From Eledone cirrhosa (Eukaryota), in the NCBI GenBank assembly GCA_964016885.1, contig OZ024740.1:252092001-252156000 (forward strand): a DNA stretch of 64,000 nt, written 5' to 3'. The position numbers and the translations under genes were made by a program. Shown one piece after another: positions 9,836 to 24,000 of this stretch. The notes below the pieces were generated by a model. The model worked only from the letters and a program-made list of their open reading frames with translations, did no database searches and was not told the origin of the DNA. Every line of letters begins with the position of its first letter. The stretch's first letter is position 1.

Positions 9836-12800
9836 ATTTGACGACTGGAATTTATCTCCCCTTGGCCGGCTGGATATTATCTCCCCTTGGCCGACTGGAA
9901 ATTATCTCCCCTTAGTCGGCTGGAAATTATCTCCCCTCGGCTGTCTGGAAATTATCTCCCATTTGACGACTGGAATTTATCTCCCCTTTGCCGGCTGGAT
10001 ATTATCTCCCCTTGGCCGACTGGAAATTATCTCCCCTTAGTCGGCTGGAAATTATCTCCCCTTGGCCGGCCCGAAATTATCTCCCCTAAAGTAAATTAAA
10101 TTAAATTAAATTAAATTAAATTAAAAAACGAAACGAAACCGGTATACCTAAAAAAACAAACGAGAAGAAACCGGGAAACCTAAAAAATCGAACGAAACGA
10201 AATTATCTCCCCTTGGCCTGCTGGAAATTATCTCTCCTTGGCCGGCTGAAAATTATCTCCCCTTGGCTAGCTGGAAATTATCTCCCCTTGGCCGGCTGAA
10301 AATTATCTCCCTTTGGCCGGCTGGATACTATCTCCCCTTGGTCAGCTAGAAATTATCTCCCCTTGGCCGGCTGGAAATTATCTCCCCTTGGCCGGCTGGA
10401 AATTATCTCCTCTTCGCCGGCTGGAAATTATCTCGCCTTGGCCGGCTGGAAATTATCTCCTCTAAATTAAATTAAATTAAATTAAATTAAATTAAATTAA
10501 ATCAAATTAATTAAATTAATTAATTAATTAATTTTATTTTTTTTATTCTAATTATTTTTATTTTTTTTATTAATTACGTTATTAATTAATTAATTAATTA
10601 TGTTAATTGATTTTATTTCAATCCAATGAAATTTAATTTAATTTAATTTAATATAATTTAATTTAATTTAATTTAATTTTATTTTATTTAAAAAACGAAA
10701 CGAAACCGGGGTACCAAAAAAACGAACGAAAAGAAACCGGGGAACCTAAAAAATCGAACGAAATGAAATTATCTCCCCTTGGCTTGCTGTAAATTATCTC
10801 AACTCGGCCGGCTGGATACTATCTCCCCTTGCCCGGCTGGAAATTATCTCCCTTTAGCCGGCTGGAAATTATCTGCCCTTGGCCGGCTGGATAATATCTC
10901 CCCTTGGCCGGCTGGAAATTATGTTCTCTTGGCCGGCTGGAAATTATCTCCCCTTGGCCGGCTGGAAATTATCTCCCCTTGGCCGGCTGGAAATTATCTC
11001 CCCTTGGCCGGCTGGATATTATCTGCCCTTGGCCGGCTGGATGTTATCTCCCCTTGGCCAGCTAGAAATTATCTCCCTTTGGCCGGCTGGAAATTATCTT
11101 CTCTTGGCCGGCTGGAAATTATCTCCCTTTGGCCGGCTGGATATTATCTCCCCTTGGTCGGCTGGATATGATCTCCCCTTGGCCGGCTGGAAATTATCTC
11201 CCCTTGGCCGTTGGAAATTATCTCCCCTTGGCCGGCTGGAAATTATCTCCCCTTGGCCGTCTGGAAATTATCGCCCCTTGGCCGGCTGGATGTTATGTCT
11301 CCTTGGCCGGCTGGATATTATCTCCCCTTGGCCGGCAGGAAATTATATCCCCTTGGCCGGCTGGAAATAATCTTCCCTTGGCCGGCCGGAAATTATCTCC
11401 CTTTGGCCGGCTGGATATTATCTCCCCTTGGCTGGCTTGAAATTATCTCCCCTTGGCCGGCTGGATATTATCTCCCCTCGGCCGGCTGGAAATTATCTCC
11501 CCTTGGCCGTCTGGAATTTATCTCCCCTTGGCCGGCGGGATATTATCTCCGCTTGGCCGGCTGGATATTATTTCCCCTTGGCCGACTGGAAATTATCTCC
11601 GCTTGGGCGGCGGGATATTATCTCCCCTTGGCCGGCTGGAAGTCATCTCCCCTTGGCCGGCTGGAAATTATCTCGCCTTGGCCGACTGGAATTTAGCTCC
11701 CCTTGGCCGGCTGGAAATATACTCCCCTTGGCCGGCTGGAAATATATTCCCCTTGGCCGGCTGGAAATTATCTCCTCTTGGCCGGCTGGATATTATCTCC
11801 CCTTGGCCGGCTGGATATTATCTCCCCTCGGCCGGCTGGAAATTATCTCCCCTTGGCCGGCTGGAATTTATCTCCCCTTGGCCGGCTGGATTTTATACCC
11901 CGTTGGCCGGCTGGTAATAATCTCCCCTTGCCCGGCTCGAAAATATCTCCCCTAAATTAAATTAAATTAAATTAAATCTAATTAATTAAATTAATTAATT
12001 ATATTTTTTTTATTTTATTTATTTTTATTTTTTTTTATTAATTACGTTATTAATTAATTAATTATGTAAATTGATTTTATTTCAATTTAATGTTATTTCA
12101 TTTCATTTAATTTAATTTAATTTAATTTAATTTAATTTACTTTAAATCAATTTAATTTAATCTAATTTAATTTAAGTTAATTTTATTTTATTTTATTTCA
12201 AAAACGAAACGAAACCCGTGTACCTAAAAAAACAAACGAAAAGAAACCGGGGAACCTAAAAAATCGAACGAAACGAAATTATCTCCCCTTGGCCTGCTGG
12301 AAATTATCTTCCCTTGGCCGGCTTGATATTATCTCCCCTTGGCAGGCTGGAAATTATCTCCCCTTGGCCGACTGGAAATTATCTCTCCTTGGGCGGCGGG
12401 ATATTATCTCCCCTTGGCCGGCTGGAAGTTATCTCCCCTTGGCCAGCTGGAAATTATCTCGCCTTGGCCGGCTGGAATTTAGCTCTCCTTGGCCGGCTGG
12501 AAATATACTCCCCTTGGCCGGCTGGAAATATACTCCCCTTGGCCGGCTGGAAATTATCTCCTCTTGGCCGGCTGGATATTATCTCCCCTTGGCTGCTGGA
12601 TATTATCTCCCCTTGGCCAGCTGGAAATTATCTCCACTTGGCCGGCTGCAAATTATCTCCTCTTGGCCAGCTGGAAATTATCTCCCCTAAATTAAATTAA
12701 ATTAAATCAAATTAATTAAATTAATTAATTAATTGATTATATTTTTTTTATTTTATTTATTTTAATTTTTTTTTAATTACGTTATTAATTAATTAATTAA

Positions 12801-15800
12801 TTATGTAAATTGATTTTATTTTAATTTAATTTAATTTAATTTAATTTAATTTACTTTAATTCAATTTAATTTAATTTTATTTAATTTTATTTTATTTTAT
12901 TTAAAAAACGAAACGAAACCGGGGCACCTAAAAAAATAAACGAAAAGAAACCGGGGAACCTAAAAAATCGAACGAAATGAAATTATCTCCCCTTGGCTTG
13001 CTGGAAATTATCTCAACTCGACCGGCTGGATACTATCTCCCCTTGGCCGGCTGGAAATTATCTCCCCTTAGCCGGCTGGAAATTATCTCCCATTGGCCGG
13101 CTGGATATTATCTCCCCTTGGCCGGCTGGATGTTATCTCCCCTTGGCCAGCTAGAAATTATCTCCACTTGGCCGGCTGGAAATTATCTTCTCTTGGCCGG
13201 CTGGAAATTATCTCCCTTTGGCCGGCTGCATATTATCTCCCCTTGGCCGGCTGGATATGATCTCCCCTTGGCCGGCTGGAAATTATCTCCCCTTGGCAGG
13301 TTGGAAATTATCTCCCCTTGGCCGGCTGGAAATTATCTCCCCTTGGCCGGCTGGAAATAATCTCCCCTTGGCCGGCCGCAAATTATCTCCCTTTGGCCGG
13401 CTGGATATTATCTCCGCTTGGCCGGCTGGAAATTATCTCCCCTTGGCTTGCTGGAAATTATCTCAACTCGGCCGGCTGGATACTATCTCCCCTTGGCCGG
13501 CTGGATATTATCTCCCCTTAGCCGGCTGGAATTTATCTCCCCTTGGCCGGCTGGATATTATCTCCACTTGGTCGGCTGGAAATTCTCTTCTCTTGGCCGG
13601 CTGGAAATTATCTCGCCTTGGCCGGCTGGAAATTATCTCCCCTTGGCCGGCTGGATATTATCTCCCCTTGGCCAGCTAGAAATTATCTCCCCTTGGCCGG
13701 CTGGAAATTATCTTCTCTAGGCCGGCTGGAAATTATATCCCTTTGGCCAGCTGGAAGTTATCTCCCCTTGGCTGGCTGGATATTATCTCCCATTGGCCCA
13801 CTGGAAATTATCTCCCCTTAACCGGCTGGAAATTATCTCCCCTTGACCGGCACGAAATTATCTCCCCTAAAGTAAATTAAATCAAATTAATTAAATTAAT
13901 TAATTAATTATTTATATTTTTTTTATTTTATTTATTTTATTTTTTTTATTAATTACGTTATTAATTAATTAATTAATTATGTAAATTGATTTTATTTCAA
14001 TTTAATGTAATTTAATTTAATTTAATTTAATTTACTTTAATTCAATTTAATTTAATTCAATTTAATTTAATTTAATTTTATTTTATTTTATTTCATTTAA
14101 AAAACGAAACGAAACCGGTATACCTAAAAAAACAAACGAAAAGAAACCGGGGAACCTAAAAAATCGAACGAAACGAAATTATCTCCCCTTGGCCTGCTGG
14201 AAATTATCTCCCCTTGGCCGGCTGGAAATTATCTCCCCTTGGCCGGCTCGAAATTATCTCCCATTAGCTGGCTGGAAATTATCTCCCCTTGGCCGGCTGG
14301 AAATTATCTCCCCTTGGCCGTCTGGAAATCATCGCCCCTTGGCCGGCTGGATTTATGTCCCCTTGGCCGGCTGGATATTATCTCCCCTTGGCCAGCTGGA
14401 AATTATCTCCACTTGGCCGGCTGCAAATTATCTCCTCTTGGCCAGCTGGAAATTATCTCCCCTAAATTAAATGAAATTAAATTAAATTAAATCAAATTAA
14501 TTAATTTAATTAATTAATTAATTTTATTTTTTTTATTCTAATTATTTTTATTTTTTTTTATTAATTACTTAATTAATTATGTTAATTGATTTTATTTCAA
14601 TCCAATGTAATTTAATTTAATTTAATTTAATTTAATTTTATTTTATTTTATTTAAAAAACGAAATAAAATCGCGGTACCTAAAAAAACAAACGAAACGAA
14701 ATTATCTCCCCTTGGTCTGCTGGAAATTTTCTCCCCTTGGCCGGCTGGATATTATCTCCCCTTGGCCGACTGCAAATTATCTTCTCTTGGCCGGCTGGAA
14801 ATTATCTCCCTTTGGCCGGCTGGAAATTATCTCCCCTTGGCCGGCTGGAAATTATCTCCCATTGGCTGGCTGGAAATTATCATCCCTAGGCCGGCTGGGA
14901 ATTAACTCCACTTGGCTGGCTAGAAACTATCTTCCCTTGGCCGGCTGGATATTATCTCCCCTTGGCCGGCTAGAAATAATCTCCCCTTAGCCGGCTCGAA
15001 ATTATCTCCCCTAAATTAAATTAAATTAAATTAAATTAAATCAAATTAATTAAATTAATTAATTAATTAATTTTATTTTTTTTATTCTAATTATTTTTAT
15101 TTTTTTTATTAATTACGTTATTAATTAATTAATTAATTATGTTAATTGATTTTATTTCAATCCAATGTAATTTAATTTAATTTAATTTAATTTAATTTTA
15201 TTTTATTTTATTTTATTTTATTTTATTTTATTTAAAAAACGAAACGAAACCGGGGTACCTAAAAAAACGAACGAAAAGAAACCGGGGAACCTAAAAAATC
15301 GAACGAAATGAAATTATCTACCCTTGGCTTGCTGGAAATTATCTCAACTCGGCCGGCTGGATACTATCTCCCCTTGGCCGGCTGGAAATTATCTCCCCTT
15401 AGCCGGCTGGAAATTATCTCCCCTTGGCCGGCTGGATAATATCTCCCCTTGGCCGGCTGGAAATTATGTTCTCTCGGCCGGCTGGAAATTATCTCCCCTT
15501 GGCCGGCTGGAAATTATCTCCCCTTGGCCGGCTGGATATTATCTCCCCTTGGCCGGCTGGATGTTATCTCCCCTTGGCCAGCTAGAAATTATCTCCCCTT
15601 GGCCGGCTGGAAATTATCTTCCCTTGGCCGGCTGGAAATTATCTCACTTTGGCCGGCTGGATATTATCTCCCCTTGGCCGGCTGGATGTTATGTCCCCTT
15701 GGCCGGCTGGATATTATCTCCCCTTGGCCGGCAGGAAATTATATCCCCTTGGCCGGCTGGAATTTATCTCCCCTTGGCCGGCTGGAATTTATCTCCCCTT

Positions 15801-18800
15801 GGTCGGCTGGAATTTATATCCCCTTGCCCGGCTCGAAAATATCTCCCCTAAATTAAATTAAATTAAATTAAATTAAATCAAATTAATTAAATTAATTAAT
15901 TAATTAATTATATTTTTTTTATTTTATCTATTTTTTTTTTTTTTGATTACGTTATTAATTAATTAATTAATTATGTAAATTGATTTTATTTCAATTTAAT
16001 GTAATTTAATTTAATTTAATTTAATTTACTTTAATTCAATTCAATTTAATTTAATTTAATTTAATGTAATTTACTTTAATTCAATTTAATTTAATTTAAT
16101 TTAATTTAATTTAATTTAATTTTATTTTATTTCATTTAAAAAACGAAACGAAACCGGTGTGCCTAAAAAAACAAAAGAAAAGAAACCGGGGTACCTAAAA
16201 AATCAAACGAAACGAAATTATCTCCCCTTGGCCTGCTGGATATTATCTCCCCTTGGCCAGCTGGAAATAATCTCCCCTTGGCCGGCTGGAAATTATGTCC
16301 CCTTGGCCGGCTCGAAATTATCTCCCCTAAATTAAATTAAATTAAATTAAATTAAATTAAATCAAATTAATTAAATTAATTAATTAATTAATTTTATTTT
16401 TTTATTCTAATTATTTTTATTTTTTTTATTAATTACGTTATTAATTAATAAATTAATTATGTTAATTGATTTTATTTCAATCCAATGTAATTTAATTTAA
16501 TTTAATTTTATTTTATTTTATTTTATATTATTTTATATTATTTTATATAAAAAACGAAACAAAACCGAGGTGCCTAAAAAAACAAACGAAAAGAAACCGG
16601 GGAACCTAAAAAATCAAACGAAACGAAATTATCTCCCCTTGGCCGGCTGGATATTATCTCCCCTTGGCCGACTGCAAATTATCTTCTCTAGGCCGGCTGG
16701 AAATTATCTCCCCTTGGCCGGCTGGAAATTATCTCCCATTGGCTGGCTGGAAATTATCACCCCTAGGCCGGCTGGGAATTAACTCCACTTGGCTGGCTAG
16801 AAACTATCTTCCTTTGGCCGGCTGGATATTATCTCCCCTTGGCCGGCTGGAAATAATCTCCCCTTGGCCGGCTGGAAATTATGTCCCCTTAGCCGGCTCG
16901 AAATTATCTCCCCTAAATTAAATTAAATTAAATCAAATTAATTAAATTAATTAATTAATTTTATTTTTTTTATTCTAATCATTTTTATTTTTTTTATTAA
17001 TTACGTTATTAATTAATTAATTAATTATGTTAATTGATTTTATTTCAATCCAATGTAATTTAATTTAATTTAATTTAATTTAATTTAATTTAATTTTATT
17101 TTATTTTATTTAAAAAACGAAACGAAACCGGGGTACCTAAAAAAACGAACGAAAAGAAACCGGGGTACCTAAAAAAACGAACGAAAAGAAACCGGGGAAC
17201 CTAAAAAATCGAACGAAATGAAATTATCTCCCCTTGGCTTGCTGGAAATTATCTCAACTCGGCCGGCTGGATACTATCTCCCCTTGGCCGGCTGGAAATT
17301 ATCTCCCCTTGGCCGGCTGGATAATATCTCCCCTTGGCCGGCTGGAAATTATGTTCTCTTGGCCGGCTGGAAATTATCTCCCCATGGCCGGCTGGAAATT
17401 ATCTCCCCTTGGCCGGGTGGATATTATCTCCCCTTGGCCGGCTGGCTGTTATCTCCCCTTGGCCAGCTAGAAATTATCTCCCCTTGGCCGGCTGGAAATT
17501 ATCTTCTCTTGGCCGGCTGGAAATTATCTCCCTTTGGCCGGCTGGATATTATCTCCCCTTGGCCGACTGGATATTATCTCCCCTTGGCCGGCTGGAAATA
17601 ATCTCCCCTTGGCCGGCTGGAAATTATGTCCCCTTAGCCGGCTCGAAATTATCTCCCCTAAATTAAATTAAATTAATTAAATTAAATTAAATCAAATTAA
17701 TTAAATTAATTAATTAATTAATTTTATTTTTTTTATTCTAATCATTTTTTTTTTTTTTATTAATTACGTTATTAATTAATTAATTAATTATGTTAATTGA
17801 TTTTATTTCAATCCAATGTAATTTAATTTAATTTAATTTAATTTTATTTTATTTTATTTTATTTTATTTAAAAAACGAAACGAAACCGGGGTACCTAAAA
17901 AAACGAACGAAAAGAAACCGGGGAACCTAAAAAATCGAACGAAATAAAATTATCTCCCCTTGGCTTGCTGGAAATTATCTCAACTCGGCCGGCTGGATAC
18001 TATCTCCCCTTGGCCGGCTGGAAATTATCTCCCCATGGCCGGCTGGAAATTATGTCCCCTTGGCCGGGTGGATATTATCTCCCCTTGGCCGGCTGGATGT
18101 TATCTCTCCTTGGCCAGCTAGAAATTATCTCCCCTTGGCCGGCTGGAAATTATCTTCTCTTGGCCGGCTGGAAATGATCTCCCTTTGGCCGGCTGGATAT
18201 TATCTCCCCTTGGCCGGCTGGATATGATCTCCCCTTGGCCGGCTGGAAATTATCTCCCCTTGGCCGGTTGGAAATTATCTCCCCTTGGCCGGCTGTAAAT
18301 TATCTCCCCTTGGCCGGCTGGAAATTATCGCCCCTTGGCCGGCTGGATGTTATGTCCCCTTGGCCGGCTCGATGATATTTCCCGTTGGCCAGCAGGAAAT
18401 TATATCCCCTTGGCCGGCTGGAAATAATCTCCCCTTGGCCGGCCGGAAATTATCTCCCTTTGGCCGGCTTGATATTATCTCCCCTTGGCCGGCTGGAATT
18501 TATCTCCCCTTGGCCGGCTGGAATTTATATCCCTTTGCCCGGCTCGAAAATATCTCCCCTAAATTAAATTAAATTAAATTAAATTAAATCAAATTAATTA
18601 AATTAATTAATTAATTCATTTTATTTTTTTTTATTAATTACGTTATTAATTAATTAATTATGTTAATTGATTTTATTTCAATCCAATGTAATTTAATTTA
18701 ATTTAATTTAATTTAAATTTATTTTATTTTATTTTATTTTATTTAAAAAACGAAACAAAACCGTGTTACCTAAAAAAACAAACGAAAAGAAACTGGGGAA

Positions 18801-21069
18801 CCTAAAAAATCAAACGAAACGAAATTATCTCCCCTTGGTCTGCTGGAAATTATCTCCCCTTGGCCGGCTGGATATTATCTCCCCTTGGCCGACTGCAAAT
18901 TATCTTCTCTTGGCCGGCTGGAAATTATCTCCCTTTGGCCGGCTGGAAATTATCTCCCCTTGGCCGGCTGGAAATTAGCTCCCATTGGCTGGCTGGAAAT
19001 TATCACCCCTAGGCCGGCTGGGAATTAACTCCACTTAGCTGGCTAGAAACTATCTTCCCTTGGCCGGCTGGATATTATCTCCCCTTGGCCGGCTGGAAAT
19101 AATCTCCCCTTGGCCGGCTGGAAATTATGTCCCCTTAGCCGGCTCGAAATTATCTCCCCTAAATTAAATTAAATTAATTAAATTAAATTAAATTAAATCA
19201 AATTAATTAAATTAATTAATTAATTAATTTTATTTTTTTTATTCTAATCATTTTTATTTTTTTTATTAATTACGTTATTAAATAATTAATTAATTATGTT
19301 AATTGATTTTATTTCAATCCAATGTAATTTAATTTAATTTAATTTAATTTAATTTAATTTAATTTAATTTTATTTTATTTTATTTAAAAAACGAAACGAA
19401 ACCGGGGTACCTAAAAAAACGAACGAAAAGAAACCGGGGAACCTAAAAAATCGAACGAAATGAAATTATCTCCCCTTGGCTTGATGGAAATTATCTCAAC
19501 TCGGCCGGCTGGATACTATCTCCCCTTGGCCGGCTGGAAATTATCTCCCCTTAGCCGGCTGGAAATTATCTCCCCTTGGCCGGCTGGATAATATCTCCCC
19601 TTGGCCGGCTGGAAATTATCTTCTCTTGGCCGGCTGGAAATTATCTCCCTTTGGCCGGCTGGATATTATCTCCCCTTGGCAGGCTGGATATGATCTCCGC
19701 TTGGCCGGCTGGAAATTATCTCCCCTTGGCCGGTTGGAAATTATCTCCCCTTGGCCGGCTGGAAATTATCTCCCCTTGGCCGGCTGGAAATTATAGCCCC
19801 TTGGCCGGCTGGATGTTATGTCCCCTTGGCCGGCTGGATATTATCTCCCCTTGGCCGGCAGGAAATTATATCCCCTTGGCCGGCTGGAAATAATCTCCCC
19901 TTGGCCGGCCGGAAATTATCTCCCTTTGGCCGGCTTGATATTATCTCCCCTCGGCCGGCTGGAAATTATCTCCCCTTGGCCGGCTGGAATTTATCTCCCC
20001 TTGGCCGGCTGGAATTTATATCCCTTTGCCCGGCTCGAAAATATCTCCCCTAAATTAAATTAAATTAAATTAAATTAAATCAAATTAATTAAATTAATTA
20101 ATTAATTCATTTTATTTTTTTTATTCTAATTATTTTTATTTTTTTTTATTAATTACGTTATTAATTAATTATGTTAATTGATTTTATTTGAATCCAATGT
20201 AATTTAATTTAATTTAATTTAATTTAATTTAATTTAATTTTATTTTATTTTATTTAAAAAACGAAACAAAACCGTGTTACCTAAAAAAACAAACGAAAAG
20301 AAACTGGGGAACCTAAAAAATCAAACGAAAAGAAACTGGGGAACCTAAAAAATCAAACGAAACGAAATTATCTCCCCTTGGTCTGCTGGAAATTATCTCC
20401 CCTTGGCCGGCTGGATATTATCTCCCCTTGGCCGACTGCAAATGATCTTCTCTTGGCCGGCTGGAAATTATCTCCCTTTGGCCGGCTGGAAATTATCTCC
20501 CCTTGGCCGGCTGGAAATTATCTCCCATTGGCTGGCTGGAAATTATCACCCCTAGGCCGGCTGGAAATTAACTTCACTTGGCTGGCTAGAAACTATCTTC
20601 CCTTGGCCGGCTGGATATTATCTCCCCTTGGCTGGCTGGAAATAATCTCCCCTTGGCCGGCTGGAAATTATGTCCCCTTAGCCGGCTCGAAATTATCTCC
20701 CCTAAATTAAATTAGATTAATTAAATTAAATTAAATTAAATCAAATTAATTAAATTAATTAATTAATTAATTTTATTTTTTTTATTCTAATCATTTTTAT
20801 TTTTTTATATTAATTACGTTATTAATTAATTAATTAATTATGTTAATTGATTTTATTTCAATCCAATGTAATTTAATTTAATTTAATTTAATTTAATTTA
20901 ATTTAATTTTGTTTTATTTTATTTTATTTTATTTAAAAAACGAAACGAAACCGTGGTACCTAAAAAAACGAACGCAAAGAAACCGGGGAACCTAAAAAAT
21001 CGAACGAAATGAAATTATCTCCCCTTGGCTTGCTGGAAATTATCTCAACTCGGCCGGCTGGATACTATC

Positions 21070-24000
21070 TCGGCTTGGCCGGCTGGATATTATCTCCCCT
21101 TGGCCGGCTGGATGTTATCTCCCCATGGCCAGCTAGAAATTATCTCCCCTTGGCCGGCTGGAAATTATCTTCTCTTGGCCGGCTGGAAATTATCTCCCTT
21201 TGGCCGGCTGGATATTATCTCCCCTTGGTCGGCTGGATATGATCTCCCCTTGGCCGGCTGGAAATTATCTCCCCTTGGCCGTTGGAAATTATCTCCCCTT
21301 GGCCGGCTGGAAATTATCTCCCCTTGGCCGTCTGGAAATTATCGCCCCTTGGCCGGCTGGATGTTATGTCTCCTTGGCCGGCTGGATATTATCTCCCCTT
21401 GGCCGGCAGGAAATTATATCCCCTTGGCCGGCTGGAAATAATCTTCCCTTGGCCGGCCGGAAATTATCTCCCTTTGGCCGGCTGGATATTATCTCCCCTT
21501 GGCTGGCTTGAAATTATCTCCCCTTGGCCGGCTGGATATTATCTCCCCTCGGCCGGCTGGAAATTATCTCCCCTTGGCCGTCTGGAATTTATCTCCCCTT
21601 GGCCGGCGGGATATTATCTCCGCTTGGCCGGCTGGATATTATTTCCCCTTGGCCGACTGGAAATTATCTCCGCTTGGGCGGCGGGATATTATCTCCCCTT
21701 GGCCGGCTGGAAGTCATCTCCCCTTGGCCGGCTGGAAATTATCTCGCCTTGGCCGACTGGAATTTAGCTCCCCTTGGCCGGCTGGAAATATACTCCCCTT
21801 GGCCGGCTGGAAATATATTCCCCTTGGCCGGCTGGAAATTATCTCCTCTTGGCCGGCTGGATATTATCTCCCCTTGGCCGGCTGGATATTATCTCCCCTC
21901 GGCCGGCTGGAAATTATCTCCCCTTGGCCGGCTGGAATTTATCTCCCCTTGGCCGGCTGGATTTTATACCCCGTTGGCCGGCTGGTAATAATCTCCCCTT
22001 GCCCGGCTCGAAAATATCTCCCCTAAATTAAATTAAATTAAATTAAATCTAATTAATTAAATTAATTAATTAATTATATTTTTTTTATTTTATTTATTTT
22101 TATTTTTTTTTATTAATTACGTTATTAATTAATTAATTATGTAAATTGATTTTATTTCAATTTAATGTTATTTCATTTCATTTAATTTAATTTAATTTAA
22201 TTTAATTTAATTTACTTTAAATCAATTTAATTTAATCTAATTTAATTTAAGTTAATTTTATTTTATTTTATTTCAAAAACGAAACGAAACCCGTGTACCT
22301 AAAAAAACAAACGAAAAGAAACCGGGGAACCTAAAAAATCGAACGAAACGAAATTATCTCCCCTTGGCCTGCTGGAAATTATCTTCCCTTGGCCGGCTTG
22401 ATATTATCTCCCCTTGGCAGGCTGGAAATTATCTCCCCTTGGCCGACTGGAAATTATCTCTCCTTGGGCGGCGGGATATTATCTCCCCTTGGCCGGCTGG
22501 AAGTTATCTCCCCTTGGCCAGCTGGAAATTATCTCGCCTTGGCCGGCTGGAATTTAGCTCTCCTTGGCCGGCTGGAAATATACTCCCCTTGGCCGGCTGG
22601 AAATATACTCCCCTTGGCCGGCTGGAAATTATCTCCTCTTGGCCGGCTGGATATTATCTCCCCTTGGCTGCTGGATATTATCTCCCCTTGGCCAGCTGGA
22701 AATTATCTCCACTTGGCCGGCTGCAAATTATCTCCTCTTGGCCAGCTGGAAATTATCTCCCCTAAATTAAATTAAATTAAATCAAATTAATTAAATTAAT
22801 TAATTAATTGATTATATTTTTTTTATTTTATTTATTTTAATTTTTTTTTAATTACGTTATTAATTAATTAATTAATTATGTAAATTGATTTTATTTTAAT
22901 TTAATTTAATTTAATTTAATTTAATTTACTTTAATTCAATTTAATTTAATTTTATTTAATTTTATTTTATTTTATTTAAAAAACGAAACGAAACCGGGGC
23001 ACCTAAAAAAATAAACGAAAAGAAACCGGGGAACCTAAAAAATCGAACGAAATGAAATTATCTCCCCTTGGCCGGCTGGAAATTATCTCCCCTTAGCCGG
23101 CTGGAAATTATCTCCCATTGGCCGGCTGGATATTATCTCCCCTTGGCCGGCTGGATGTTATCTCCCCTTGGCCAGCTAGAAATTATCTCCACTTGGCCGG
23201 CTGGAAATTATCTTCTCTTGGCCGGCTGGAAATTATCTCCCTTTGGCCGGCTGCATATTATCTCCCCTTGGCCGGCTGGATATGATCTCCCCTTGGCCGG
23301 CTGGAAATTATCTCCCCTTGGCAGGTTGGAAATTATCTCCCCTTGGCCGGCTGGAAATTATCTCCCCTTGGCCGGCTGGAAATAATCTCCCCTTGGCCGG
23401 CCGCAAATTATCTCCCTTTGGCCGGCTGGATATTATCTCCGCTTGGCCGGCTGGAAATTATCTCCCCTTGGCTTGCTGGAAATTATCTCAACTCGGCCGG
23501 CTGGATACTATCTCCCCTTGGCCGGCTGGATATTATCTCCCCTTAGCCGGCTGGAATTTATCTCCCCTTGGCCGGCTGGATATTATCTCCACTTGGTCGG
23601 CTGGAAATTCTCTTCTCTTGGCCGGCTGGAAATTATCTCGCCTTGGCCGGCTGGAAATTATCTCCCCTTGGCCGGCTGGATATTATCTCCCCTTGGCCAG
23701 CTAGAAATTATCTCCCCTTGGCCGGCTGGAAATTATCTTCTCTAGGCCGGCTGGAAATTATATCCCTTTGGCCAGCTGGAAGTTATCTCCCCTTGGCTGG
23801 CTGGATATTATCTCCCATTGGCCCACTGGAAATTATCTCCCCTTAACCGGCTGGAAATTATCTCCCCTTGACCGGCACGAAATTATCTCCCCTAAAGTAA
23901 ATTAAATCAAATTAATTAAATTAATTAATTAATTATTTATATTTTTTTTATTTTATTTATTTTATTTTTTTTATTAATTACGTTATTAATTAATTAATTA

